Positions 11,975-29,020 of a DNA stretch of 34,824 bases are shown piece by piece. The notes beneath the pieces are model-generated. The model saw only the letters and a list, made by a program, of their open reading frames with translations, did not search any database and was not told the DNA's origin. The stretch's first letter is position 1. Each line of letters starts with the position of its first letter. The stretch lies in contig OY740790.1 in the NCBI GenBank assembly GCA_963514005.1, positions 18,133,177-18,168,000 on the forward strand, given 5' to 3'. Source of the DNA: Raja brachyura (lineage: Eukaryota). The position numbers and the translations under genes were made by a program.

Positions 11975-12024
11975 TTTAGTCTAATCTACCTATCATGTGA
12001 TTATGATAGGTAGATTAGACTAAA
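11975..12024. repeat. Perfect 22-bp inverted repeat with 6-nt loop
   Basis: TTTAGTCTAATCTACCTATCAT gtgatt ATGATAGGTAGATTAGACTAAA. Confidence 0.92.
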
Positions 12025-12062
12025 GTTTAAACATTACAATCAAAAAGAAAGCAAATGACTAT

Positions 12063-12279
12063 AGGGCCTGTCCCACTTAGGCGTCATTTGCGCGTCATTT
12101 ACGCAACATAATTTACGAGTCACGACGAGTGTGTCGTAACGCACGCGTGATGCGCGCATGGTGCATGGTGACATAGGCAGTGACGCGCAGTAGCACGCGG
12201 CGCCCCAGGATTTTGGGATTCTCAAAATCCTTGTACGCCACGTGCGTGACGCCCAAGACGCCCAAGTGGGACAGGCCCT
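12063..12279. mobile_element. PIF/Harbinger-like MITE, 217 bp
   Basis: Perfect 16-bp TIR AGGGCCTGTCCCACTT / AAGTGGGACAGGCCCT, TAT on both sides, CpG-rich interior. Confidence 0.85.
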
Positions 12280-13517
12280 TATGATTGTGCCAAGTAGAGG
12301 TTTAAATTTAAGACTGGAAAAAAATAATCTTCTGCCGAGAATTAAAATGAGGTAGAGTTAATGGTTATTGTATTACAAACAGAGTAATTGCAATAAATAA
12401 GTCATTGTTTCCTAACATGAGGCCCAATTTTATAATTGAATATCAAATGCATTTGAAAATACAGCTTACGTGCATCTAGAGTGACAACAATAGTAGCACC
12501 CACAATTTAGCTACACCCATGTCGGAAAATGTTCAAAATGACATCACTGCGAGGGTTATATTTTTAGCTATAGTGTTGTGCCAAAAGCTATATTGATATT
12601 AATAGCTGGGCCTGTGGCTATGATGCGCTAAACTGCTAACCAATTAATGTATTGCACAAATCTCAACAGCTGTTCTCAAGCAATTGAGGTAATTGCCATA
12701 GAAATAGTGCTGTGCCAAAATATTTGCCACCAGGGGTCACTGTTGAATCTTTTTCAAAAAGTGATAATTGGAGTCCTGCAGGCATATGTAATGTTCACCA
12801 CTGTGTTCACCAGTGTCAATGGACAATTGTAGACTATTTTGACTTTTGAGCAGACTTCAAGTTAGCTCTCCACAGAAACAGGCAAGGTTTAAATAAATAA
12901 CAAATAACAGAGTGGTAGAAAATTTACATGCAGCTATTCACATTTGTACTTATCCTAATATTGATAGAGCATCATAGTTTTGCAGCACAGAAACAGGCTC
13001 TTTAGCCACCATGCCAATGGCAACCATCAAGTACCATTCTACATTAATCCTTTGGCACAAATGGTAGCTCAGTGAGTTTAACATCCTTCTTCATGGTGAA
13101 TCTATCCCTTTCCTCTGGGACATTATTCCACATTGGGACCCAGCAAGAGAACACCAGCTGCCAACATCACGCAGCACAGGAGAGCAAATAAGAGAGGACC
13201 TGAGGATATGGACCATGATGTGGCTATTGGGATTGGGCTAGGCAAGAGGAGAGCAATTAGCAATTGGGGAGAAGTAGGCAAATCACAGTGGTCAACACGG
13301 CAGAGAGTGTGAAAGTAGCAGCTGGAGATTGTGGGTGGAGTGAGCGTGCGGGAATGAAGAGAAGGAAGAGGGAATGGACAAACCAAGAGGCAGATAAGTA
13401 AAGATGAAGAAAGCCAAGAGGGTGAGTGACAAGAGAATGAGGAGAGTGAGAGGCTGTCATGAAGGCTGTGGAGAATGAGGGAAGGGATCAGAACTAGGAA
13501 TTGAGTGGGAAGGAGGG

Positions 13518-13608
13518 TTTGAAGGTCTCAACCCAAAACGTCACCCATTCCTTCTTTCCAGAGATGTTGCCTGTCTCGCTGAGTTACTCCAACTTTTTGA
13601 GTCTATCT
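13518..13608 (+). mobile_element. Diverged Penelope terminal-repeat copy
   Basis: TGAAGGTCTCAACCCAAAACGTCACCCATTCC...GCTGAGTTACTCCAAC. Confidence 0.72.
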
Positions 13609-15225
13609 AAAAGTGGTCATATTATCTATTAAAGGCATAGTTAATTTAGTGCAAGATTCAATTACTATCCTCCGCTGCTTGCTAAATCTACCCACAAATC
13701 ACAATAGTTGAGAATTGAAAATAGAAAATTCCTGATGGTATTTAAATTGGGCATTCATCTATAAAAAAGTTTTTAAGATTTCACTGAATCCAGAATTACT
13801 ATTGTTTTTGATTTGTTGCATGACAATGTTCAAAATATTAAAGAGGTATGTGCAAAGCTTTCAGAAAATGGGAATAATTTAACTACTCAACTCTGGCTAG
13901 AACAGCAACACCAAATAGTGGGAAGATGATATGGAGGCGCAGGTGCAGGAACAAAAAAAAGAGCAGTGCTCACATCTTTACCATCCCAACGGGGTGTACT
14001 GGCCCATAGTTAAGTATTTGTACTTAATGAAGTAGTGCATGGCATTTATCATCTCATACAACAATATTGCAACCCACTGCAGCTGGCACTCTAGTGACTG
14101 CTTCATTTGCTGATAGTAGTATGACCATTGCTGACCTAGCTAGGCTTCAACCCCAGTGCCCGAGTCCCATTGCACTCAATTCCCCCAACCTTTCAAAGAT
14201 ATGTGGTAAATGAAATTATACATTAATGAAATTACTGGTACATAAAAAGGGAAAACAACAATAGCAAATAAAGTTTGATAAATCTCGTAAAATTCCTCGA
14301 TGATGTAACTGACATGTTAAATAGAAAGAATGTATTGCATACATACATTTTAAGAAAATCTATAACAGTGTACTAGAGAGGATTAAGTGGAACACCAGAA
14401 ATGGGCAGGATAATTGGATAGAACACATTAAGTAGAACAACTATGTGCAAGTGAATCATGACATTCATAAGTTCCATAATTACTTTCTGTAATCATACTT
14501 TCCATAAAAGTTGGCTTGGTGCTGTGGAAGAGTTAAAGTACTTGGATATATAGATTAGTTGGGACAACGAGAGCAACACCTCTGATTGAGAACAAATTGT
14601 AAATAATTGGCAACTTACAAATACAACCTGGGAGAAGTAGGCCACCTTGCCCCTCAAGCCTACCCCGCCTATCAATGCGTATCTGCCAGTTCCCAACTGC
14701 CCACAATTCAATTTCCCTTTTAGTTTTTACCCCTTTTAAAAAAAATACCTCCAGTGATCAAATTTGCTGAATCCTCCACGTTAAATAGTTCAAGAGATTC
14801 ATCACTCCTGGCAAGAAGAATCCTGGTTTATCAGTGGGTCCAGTATTAAAAATTGAGCTAATAACAAATCTACGAGGCAGAAAGAGACTACTCAGTATTT
14901 GAGGGGATGAGGATGTGGCAACCATAGATGCCCAATTAAATTTATGTGATTCAGAAAGAAATGTAGTTGCAGATTCATCGTAAGGATGCGTTGTACCAAT
15001 GTAATCAATAGTCGTGACCAGACTGGTTAACTACAAATAACAAGTAAATGAAAGGGAACAGAGCAGGTCTGATAGAATCTTATCACAGAAGATAATCAAC
15101 TTGGTAGTTTGGACTAATTGGCCTGATATGTACCTTTGTACTTCCATTTAGGTTGAAGTTAGTGCATCAATTTGACGACCATTATATTCCTCATAGAACA
15201 TTATATTAGAAGGGAAATTGATTAC

Positions 15226-15959
15226 ATCTGGGGTCCTTGTTCATCAGTCAATGAAAATAGGCATGTAGGTACAGCAGGCCCAGCTGCAGTGGGTTGCAGT
15301 ATTGTTGTATGAGAAGAAAGCGAATGGCATGTTGACCTTCATAACAAGAGGAGTTCAGTATATAAGCAAAGAGGTCCTTCTGCAGTTGTATAGGGCCCTA
15401 GTGAGACCACACCTGGCCTATTGTGTGCAGTTTTGGTCTCCTAATTTGAGGAAGGACATTCATGCTATGGAGGGAGTGCAGTGTAGGTTTACAACGTTAA
15501 TTCCCGGGATGGCGGGACTGTCATATGCTGAGAATGGAGCAGCTGGGCTTGTATACTCTGGAGTTTAGAAGGATGAGAGGGGATCTTATTGAAAGATATA
15601 AGATTATTAAGGGTTTAGACACAGAGGCAGGAAACATGTCCCTAATATTGGGGGAGTCCAGAACCAGGGGCCACAGTTTAAGAATAAGGGGCAAGCCATT
15701 TACAAGGGAGACGAGGAAACACTTTTTCACACAGTGAGTTGTGAGTCTGTGGAATTCTTCGCCTCAGAGGGTGGTGGAGGCCAGTTCTCTGGATACTTTC
15801 AAGAAAGAGCTAGATAGGGCTCTTAAAGACAGCGGAGTCAGGGGATATGGGAAGAAGGCAGAAACGGGGTACTGATTGGGGATGAACAGCCATGTTAACA
15901 TTGAATGACGGTGCTGGCTTGATGGACCGAATGGCATACTTCTGCACCTATTGTCTATT
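15226..15959 (+). mobile_element. CR1-clade LINE 3' fragment
   Basis: Encodes LYRALVRPHLAYCVQFWSP, RRMRGDLIE and RTRGHSLRIRG. Its 3' UTR is homologous to 26100-26215. Confidence 0.92.
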
Positions 15960-16743
15960 AAAGTGCTTCAAAAATTAAGAAAACATTCAAGGATAGATAT
16001 TACTCTGTCTTTAGCCTGTTACCATTCCAACTAAACCCAACACAAGTTTACACAAAATCAGATTTGCACAAAACAGTTCGCACAATATTGAATTATATTT
16101 ATTTGTTTCAAACAACCAGCCTTCCCAGGTTGAACCAGAACTAACGAATTAAGAGTAATTCTGTTTCTCTCTCTATAGATGCTACTTTAACCTGCCGAGA
16201 ATTTCCATAATTGTGGTTTTATTTCAGATTTCCAATATTTTGATTCTCCAGCATTTACTGTTTCAGTGTTGGTTTTATTTTCCTTTCTTTTTTCTGTTCT
16301 CTATTAATTCATCTCCAATTTACATCACTCAGAGGCAGATCATCTCTGATTAACAAGTCTTCGCCACCCTCTCTTAACCAGTACGATCACTTCACATTAA
16401 ATCTTTCTAGGTCTGCACACCTTTTATACATTGGCCAACAAGTACACTCTCCCCCCCCCCCCCCCCCTTCCCATTTCCAAAGATACTGCCTGACTAAATG
16501 AGTACTACTAGTATTTTCTTACTCAAACATTTGTACGTGCTTTTCTTATAACTGTTATGACACTTGTATTTTACAACAATCTTCCCCTCCATCATTTTTA
16601 AACTACATAGCGAGTATTTAGCAGATTGGAAACAATAACAATGTTTGCACTTTGATTGAGATTAATTTCAGAAATCCATGATTCTATTACCAAATTCCAA
16701 TCAAGTGGGGTTACTCAGATTGCCTTTCATACGCTCCACGTTA

Positions 16744-16977
<234 letters not shown>

Positions 16978-18749
16978 TTATGATCAATATTGTTCTCTTA
17001 ATCATAAGAAATTCTTGACTCAAACTAATATGATTTATTATAGAAATTGACTTTATTATAACAGAAATTGACTTTAATATACAGAAAATGTAAAATACAG
17101 AAAAAGGTATCAAGAAATACCTGACATTTCACAACTGATCACCCAATTTAAATATTAACAGTTGTTTTATGTGTAGTAGGCAGGAAATTTCTCGCATGTA
17201 CTGCTTTTTTATTTATTTCGGATTTCAGTATCTGAAGCCTTAAACATTTTGCTTTCAGATTTTTGTCAATACTTAAGGTTCTTTAATATCCCCACTCAAA
17301 AGCACGCTTCAGACACATTTTTAATATTTTTTACTAAATCTTCCAAGTCTTCAAGGCAGTCTTTATATTAGAATTGAAAAATGTTTTTTGCATTGGTGAA
17401 TCACACAAACATAAAAGAACAACGGGAACAGTGCAGTAGACAAATTATACTCATTTAACTCTTGTTGTAACCTGGGGCAGACAGATCCATGGGAAGTCAA
17501 AAAATTATTTCACAAAGCCTCCCTCCCACTCAGCTTAAAGCAGAACCTCTCCGTCAATCAAAATGCTTTTATAAAGCTTTCATTTTTCTGGAAATTTAAA
17601 AAAAAATAATTTCTAAGGAAGTGTCAACTCTGCTGAATATACCAATATTAAACTTTAATCACAAAAAAATAATATTTACTGAATAAATGTAGTTCTTATA
17701 ATTAGTTTAGTAACAAATGTTTCTGTTTTTCTAAATATTTAATGTCTTGAAACATCTAACAAAATTCTCTTCAAATTTTGAAAATTGGTAATCTGCAGTG
17801 AGAGAAAACATGTGTAACCTTTTACCATTTATTATTGCACTACATTTCCGAATTTATTTTACTACAAAGGTGCAGCACCAGCCTTCAAATGTGAGAAAGA
17901 ACTGCCACGTCACCTGATTCAACAACTCACAAGCAGCTGACGTTTCACACTCAAAGATCAAATGTTTTAAGGAGCGAGAAGGTGACATAAAAAATGTACA
18001 ATTTTAAGACTGTAATGAATCAAGTGACATATGGACAACAAATCTTACTGTAATTACAACTAAAAAAATACTTTTATTATAACCTATGTGGCAAACCTAA
18101 GGATTTGAAAACCAAAGAAAAATAGTTAGTTTGGTTTGTAGACCATAAAACTCCACAAAGAGCACGAATCATCAAAAACCATTGCGCAACACTACATCCA
18201 ATTAATTATTGAATGCAAATCATGAACCTCAAAAAAGAATAGGAATCTCCCTCCACCTTGCCACTTCAGAATAAGCATCCTAACCAAGACATTGTCTCAC
18301 GAGCTCCTTCGGATACAGAGAAAACTTAGTTTTAATTAAAAGTTATTTTTATAAACATATCATGTAGCTGACTATATTGTGAATATTGGACTAGCTTCAT
18401 GTGCATTGTCATGTCACATCGCACCATGGACTGTTGAAACCCAATTATGAATCATGATAAGTGAGAACACTGATTATCATGGAACAGAATTTAAAAAACT
18501 GTCAGATACCGCACCTCAGCCAATCTGCATCTAAGTTTATCTTTTAATACATTCTACCTACTTTATTTTTTATTAACATTCTATATTCTCAGCTACATTG
18601 ATAATATCTGCTTTGTGACATTCTTAATAGGCATGAAACATGAGAGCCCTTACTTAAATAGACATCACTAGGTAAGGTTAGTCACTTCATTATAATTATT
18701 TATTTTACCACAAAATATTAAAAAGACAGAAAAATAGTAACTAAGTTCT

Positions 18750-18900
18750 GACACAAAAAGCTGGAAAAACTCAGCGGGTCAGACAGCATCTCCGGAGAAA
18801 AGGAATACATGATGTTTTGGGTCAAGACCCTTCCTCAGGCTGTAGTTCCTTCCTACACATCTATCTTCAGTTTAAACAGCATCTGCAGTTCCTTCCTTCA
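18750..18900. mobile_element. Rearranged Penelope terminal-repeat insertion
   Basis: GACACAAAAAGCTGGAAAAACTCAGCGGG...GGGTCAAGACCCTTCCTCAG, then opposite-orientation GCATCTGCAGTTCCTTCC. Confidence 0.75.
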
Positions 18901-19121
18901 CTAAGCATTGTTGTGGCACCAAGTGTTAAATACATCTCGTCCTTAAGTAAAACTCTATAATGTATCCAGTCACAATTTCAACAGAATAAAATAATGGTTT
19001 GGTTATCGTACTTTGATGCACACAACTGGCTCAAAATTTTGTAGACTTTGACTGTAGTTTTTGGCTACAGGGCAGATGTATTTTACAGTGGCCAGAAATA
19101 CAATTACACCAGATGTAATTC

Positions 19122-19209
19122 AAGGGTCTCGACCCGAAACGTCGCCTATCTCCTTCGCTCCTTAGATGCTGCTGCACCCGCTGAGTTTCTCCAGTTTTTT
19201 GTGTAACCC
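19122..19209 (+). mobile_element. Short Penelope terminal-repeat insertion, truncated inside the hammerhead core
   Basis: AAGGGTCTCGACCCGAAACGTC...TGTGTAACCC, with GTAATTC on both sides. Confidence 0.85.
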
Positions 19210-21450
19210 GTAATTCTTAATTTGTTAGATTTGTGTGCACTGTGTAGACGTCCACACACAATCAGAAAAGCAACCAACACAGTGAATGACCATGATCAAA
19301 TGAATCAGCAACATCCGTGTATATACCTCTACCTACATTAAATTCTGTAGATTCCATTAACAAAATCATATATACTTTCAGCTACTAGAAACAATATGAT
19401 GTGGAACCATCTGGATCCAATAGGTATGACAATTCTCAAATAACTTTGAATTGCGCGCATTGTACCGAAGGGTGACCAAATTCCTCTTCGAGGACCAGCT
19501 CTATTATTTTCAGTAAATAAACCTACTAGCTGTTTTCTTTACATTTATAGTTACAAACATTTAGAAATTGTCTTTTGAATGAATGGAAATTTCCGTGAAA
19601 TACTGCATGCATTATGCCAATGCAGAATTAAGATTACAAAACAAATATTCAGCCCTAATAATTTAATTTGTTACTTTTTTAATAATGCAACTTTTCCACT
19701 TGATTTTGCTGAACTGTAAAATGAAAGGATATCCATATTAAGAAAATTATTGTTTTTATCATGAATTAAATTTCTTAATCATATTGCCTTGAAATAACTG
19801 TTGAACACAAGTAAAACAAATTTTTAATTTATAGATAGAAAATATTTTGTTGCTGTGCCTAAAGCCAATATTGTTGGCTAGCAAGAATTTTGAATAAAAG
19901 CAAACTTACTTTCGGCTAACCATTTACAGTTTTAATACATACAATACCACAGCAGTCAGCTCTCTTCATTGAACACTTTATATATGATCTAATTAAAAGA
20001 GTTTTGGTGAGTTGCCCACTTTCAGCAAATTCATTCCACGTGTACACAGGTGAGATGAAAAAGAAATCAAGAACTTGTGAGGACACCGCACATATGGGGG
20101 TCCATGTACACCTCATCTGGCTCTTAACGTGAAACATCTGCATGTCCAAATCGCTTTTTCTGTAACTCATTTTCATCACTAAACAGTGCTTAATGTCTTT
20201 ATAGGTTTTTCTTGATGCACAAGCATTAGGATAATGACAAAACCCATTTAAGGAAAGATGGATTTAATTACAATAAGGTTAAGATTTAGCACATCATTAT
20301 AAAACATTTAAAGTCTTCAGACAGTTGTATGTAATCCCATACCAACTTTAAAATTTTAGTACCGCCAGGAAAACAAGTTGGATAACAATCAATTATTTGT
20401 AATGTGCTTTTAATGATAAAGCTTACAAATGTTAATAGGAAACGGCAATTAAGGTAACGGTATTTTGGTTAACATGCACATTTTAAAATATAATTGAAAT
20501 TTGCAATTTCACTTCTCAGTGGTATGAAATTAAACCAGATACAACACTGAATGGAAATTTCTCATCCCAAACTTTTACCTGGCACAGGTTTTATGTGACT
20601 AATGTACAGTCAAGCATTACTAATTCTATTACCAGGCCATTAATTAACTTACAGTAAATAACAATAAATGAGCTATTTTCTTTCATTAAAAATTCATACA
20701 AAACCAACCCATGGATGTTTCCTTGACCATTAAAAATGAAATGGAAAAATATCAGAATTTCTGAGCAGACTATTAAAGTCATGTTTTGGGGCAGACAATT
20801 ACGTTACTAATATTCTCAACAATTATTCATTTATGTAAGAATGCCACCATTATTCAACACTAAACAAAACTGCATTCGGAAAGGTAGCAGGATTTGAAAC
20901 AACTGTTCATGTTGCAGCTTTGATGAATGCCTCTGTTACTCACATCGGATTACTTCCAGGTGTGACTTTTCAAAGACTTCCAAAGCTGATTAGCAAGTAT
21001 GAAAAGCCTAGAAAATTTATGAGTTACATTAACATGATATTTTCCTCTAAACTCCTATCAAAAACATCACATACATGTTTATTTGAAATTCAAAAATGTT
21101 ATAATACGCAGAAAAAAAAATCACTGTAATTTAGATGGAGTGAGACCTTTTAGATGTAACTCTATCCATGTGCTAAAAATGAATGTGGAGCTTTAGCACA
21201 ATACACTTTGAAGAACAGTTCCAGTTTCATTTGCTTAACAGCACAACGGAGAATACAATGGCAGCACTGATCCACATAATGTATAGACCCGGAAAGTCCT
21301 AGATTTGATTATCTGAGTTTTGTTAAGCAACTGCTCCAACGCAAAGTAAATGGACTGCAATTGGTCTCACCATTTCACTGTGCAAAAGTGAGCAAGCTAG
21401 CCACACTTGCCATTCGAATGTCTACCAGAGCAAATTGCTACTAGAGTTCC

Positions 21451-21648
21451 GCAGACACAAAAAGCTGGAGTAACTCAGTGAGACAGGCAGCGTCTCTGGA
21501 GAGAAGGAATGGGTGCCGTTTCAGGTCAGCCCAAAACATCACCTATTCCTTCTCTCCAGAGATGCTGCGTGTCCCGCTGAGGTACTTCAGGTTTTTGTGT
21601 CTATCTTCAGTTTAAATCAGCATCTGCAGTTCCTTCTTACACATTTCG
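21451..21648. mobile_element. Fold-back Penelope terminal-repeat insertion (older subfamily)
   Basis: Inverted arms, flanked by GCTACTAGA(G/A)TTCC (21437-21450 and 21649-21662). Confidence 0.82.
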
Positions 21649-22065
21649 GCTACTAGAATTCCACTTGGTTCACAAACAAATAGCACAAACAAAATCCAAC
21701 ATATTCTCTGCACAATCACAGGGATCTCACCAAATGAGGTACTTAAGGATTTTAACAGCCACAGATTAATATCAACAGTTATGAGATTGAGAAAACAAAT
21801 TATACCGGGTGTAACATTTGGATGTTATTTTTAAGTAAATGAACTGCTGCCTAACCTCTGACTCACTGATTCAGAGTTGAATTCTATTGGCCGAGTAGGG
21901 TATAATAACAACTAAGCTCAGCAAATAGTACCAGACTTTAGTACAAATGCTTATGGTTTACCAATCTGCTTTGGGGTGGAAATGTACCTCATCTGTACAT
22001 GCCTGCATGTAACTGCAACATACTAATATAGTTGATTCTTTACTGCCTCTGATCCCAAGCAGTTT

Positions 22066-22300
22066 GGGCGGCACAGTGGCACAATGGTAGAATTGCTGCC
22101 TTACAGCACCAGAGTCCAGGTTCAATTCTGATTATGGGTGATGTCTGTAAGTAGTTTACACATTCTCCCCATGATCTGTGTGGGTTTTCATTGGGAAGCT
22201 TTAGATTTGCCCCACATTCCAAAGATGTACAGGTTTTTAGGCTACTTGGCTTGGTATAAATGTAAATCGTCACTAGTGTGTGCAGGATAATATTAGTATG
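22066..22300 (+). mobile_element. tRNA-derived V-SINE (HE1-like), diverged
   Basis: GGGCGGCACAGTGGCACAATGG (A box), GGTTCAATTC (B box) and a central TTCTCCCCATG..TGTGTGGGTTTTC...CCCACATTCCAAAGATGTACAGG V-domain-like segment. Confidence 0.78.
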
Positions 22301-22327
22301 ACAGTCTGATCACTTAAATTAGCCTAA

Positions 22328-22536
22328 GGTAGACAAAAATGCTGGAGAAACTCAGTGAGTGAGGCAGCATCTATGGAGCGAAGGAATAGGGTCGAGACCC
22401 TTCTTCAGACTGGCGATGTTTCGGGTCGAGACCCTTCTTCAGACCATTCGCTCCATACATGCTGCCTCACCCGCTGAGTTTCTCCAGCATTTTTGTCTAC
22501 CTTTGATTTTTCCAGCATCTGCAGTTCTTTCTTAAA
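22328..22536. mobile_element. Fold-back (inverted) Penelope terminal-repeat insertion
   Basis: GGTAGACAAAAATGCTGGAGAAACTCAG at the left and its complement CTGAGTTTCTCCAGCATTTTTGTCTACC at the right. CACTTAAATTAGCCTAA occurs at 22311-22327 and 22537-22553. Confidence 0.88.
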
Positions 22537-23534
22537 CACTTAAATTAGCCTAATTGCATTAAATAGAATATCAAACATTTCTTGAATTTTAAATATCCTG
22601 CATAATCAAGTTGGTCAATTTAGCTTATAAAAGTTAAAAAGGCAAAAAATAAACACATCTTCAGTGCATATAAAGAACACAGTAAAATAATAAGATTAGC
22701 TGCTTAATTAAAAAAATCTATGATCAAATCATACGGTTAAACAGTATCTACAACTCAACAGCCTCTATGAATACAAAACACAAAAACATGCCCAAAACAC
22801 TCAAAGCTTTAACTAACTTTTTACAATACAACACAATTTATTTTTGCATTGGTCATGATTACTCTGATCGACAATGAAACATTTACTCTACTTTTCATAG
22901 CTTGCAAGACTCATGTTTTCATTAATGTTACTTGCCAATATTTCTTTATATTTTTCTGCTCTGCATGTTCTAAAGTTTAATTTGACAAATGAACACTTAA
23001 AAATCTGTTAAAGGCTCACACTGCGTAATACATTTTACTTGGTTTCAAGATTTGTTAATCCTGCACAATCCTGTTATATGAATTTGTAAAATCCTGTTTG
23101 CTAATGTAATCCAAATGTTCAACAAATTAAAAACTAATCAGTACTATTTTGGGAAGCAGAGAGACACAAGGATATAATCATAAATATTTGAAAATGGCTG
23201 ATCAAGCTCGTAAAAGTTATGAAAGCATATGTGAAAGAGGCGTACACTAAAACACTTGGCAAATATTTTATTTTAAAACTTGGACTATTTTTACTAAACT
23301 GCAGTTAGTCACATCCTGATCTAAGAAAAGGTTTAGGCATGAGAAGATTGAGGACACATTTAGTATCAGACCAGATGTTGTTTTAATTCATTCTCACTTT
23401 AGTTGTGTTTAGTGTAGGATTATTGTAAATAGGTGCATGAAAGTGAGTGTGAACTCATTTGGCCTCAGGGCTGGATTCTCCGAGATCCAGGACTCAATGA
23501 GATGTCAACATAAACATAATGTCTTACATAATCA

Positions 23535-23759
<225 letters not shown>

Positions 23760-24314
23760 TTAGTACCTAAAATTGGCACAAAAATGTATAGCGGTTCTGC
23801 ATTACGATATATAATTCTGGCTTAAATAAGGGACATAAAAGGAACTATACTTGCATGCGAACACAATTAAAAATAAGAAATCATACGAAATCATGACCAT
23901 TGAATATGTTTAAACTCTCCCAAAGTAATGTTAGATAGGTATTCTCCAAAAGTAACATTAAATGCTATTTATATTCAGGCACAATATAGCAGAAAATATT
24001 TTTCAATTGCTTAAATTAGAATTATTCAAAGTTCTTCCTGCAAATAGGATTAAGAAAAGTTTCTCCACCCATCCCGCCCACACACAATAACCTTTGTCTT
24101 CAATCTCTATTAGTTCATGCTGGTAGAGTACATCAAGAACCATTAATAAGAGAATCAGTCAGGTGGGGATGAGGGGTAAAGGGGTAATGGTAAATAAGGC
24201 AATGGGGGCCTTGGAATTGAAAGTCATCAAACTGTGTTCAAGAATATTAAGGACATTAATGGCAAATTAAGAAACGTGCTTGACTGATTATCAAAGATTC
24301 CTTCATCATACTCA

Positions 24315-28085
<3,771 letters not shown>

Positions 28086-28209
28086 TCAGTGTGATACAAT
28101 TATCACTATATTGCAATGCCATAAAAACATCAATACAACATATACATCACAGGATTATGAAAGTCGAAAGGTTGTGAAACAAAGTAATTTAAAACACTGA
28201 CAATCTACT

Positions 28210-29020
28210 GAAGTCCAGCGGCACCATCAACCTGCAGGTATCATTGCTGTCTCATACCTCCAGCAAGGACCAGGGGAACTCTGCCCTTGTTCACCGAGTG
28301 ACGCCAGCAATGGCTGCCTCGCCAATAGTCTGTCTGTCCCTTCCTTCTTTGCTGTCTTATAGTATATGTTAAATGTATGTTTTAATGTTCTTTAGCTTGT
28401 TTCATGTGGGGGGTTGGTGGGGGGGAAGCATTTTTAAAATCTCTTACCTTGACGGAGATGCGATTTTTTTCCGTATTGTATCTCCATCCACACTGCGGCC
28501 TAACATCGAAGAGTTGGCGGCCTCTGCTGGAGACAGACTTCGGGAGCTCCAACAGCGGGAGCCTGCCGGACTTACCATCGTGGACCTCGCGATCCCTTTG
28601 CCAGGGATCGACCTCGGAACTCCAATCGGGGAAGCCTGCGGACTTAACATTGTGGAGCTCGTGGTCCCTGGTTTGAGACAGACTTTGGGAACTCCAAGTC
28701 ACAGGAGCTTTGATTGCCCCAATGCGGGAGATTCAATCGCCCCGATCACGGGGGCTTCGACCGCTGGCTGCGGGAGCTACGATCGCCCTGGCTGCAGATG
28801 GTTAGACTGCCCAACCGCGAGAGAATAAGGAGGAAGAAGATTGGACTTTATTGCCTTCCATCACAGTGAGGAATGTGTGGAATCTGCTGTGATGGATGTT
28901 TATTTTAACTTTTATGTAGTTGTGTGTCTTGTTGCCTTTTTTAGTATGGCTGTATGGTAATTCGAATATCACTTTACCTTAATTGGTACACGTGACAATA
29001 AAAGACCTTTGAAACCTTTG
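28210..29020 (+). mobile_element. Non-coding retroposon-like repeat with internal ~60-bp tandem units and a LINE-like 3' tail
   Basis: Shares CAATGGCTGCCTCGCCAA.AGTCTG.CTGTCC with 4484-4516. Contains repeated CTCCAA...GCCTGC.GGACTTA.CAT.GTGGA.CTCG units and ends TGACAATAAAAGACCTTTGAAACCTTTG. Confidence 0.6.

Noticed and set aside
17042-17090. Short tandem duplication AGAAATTGACTTTA.TATA
   Set aside because: Ordinary slippage duplication with no sign of function.
22066-22140. tRNA gene
   Set aside because: A and B boxes are present, but it is the degenerate head of a SINE and I see no intact cloverleaf.
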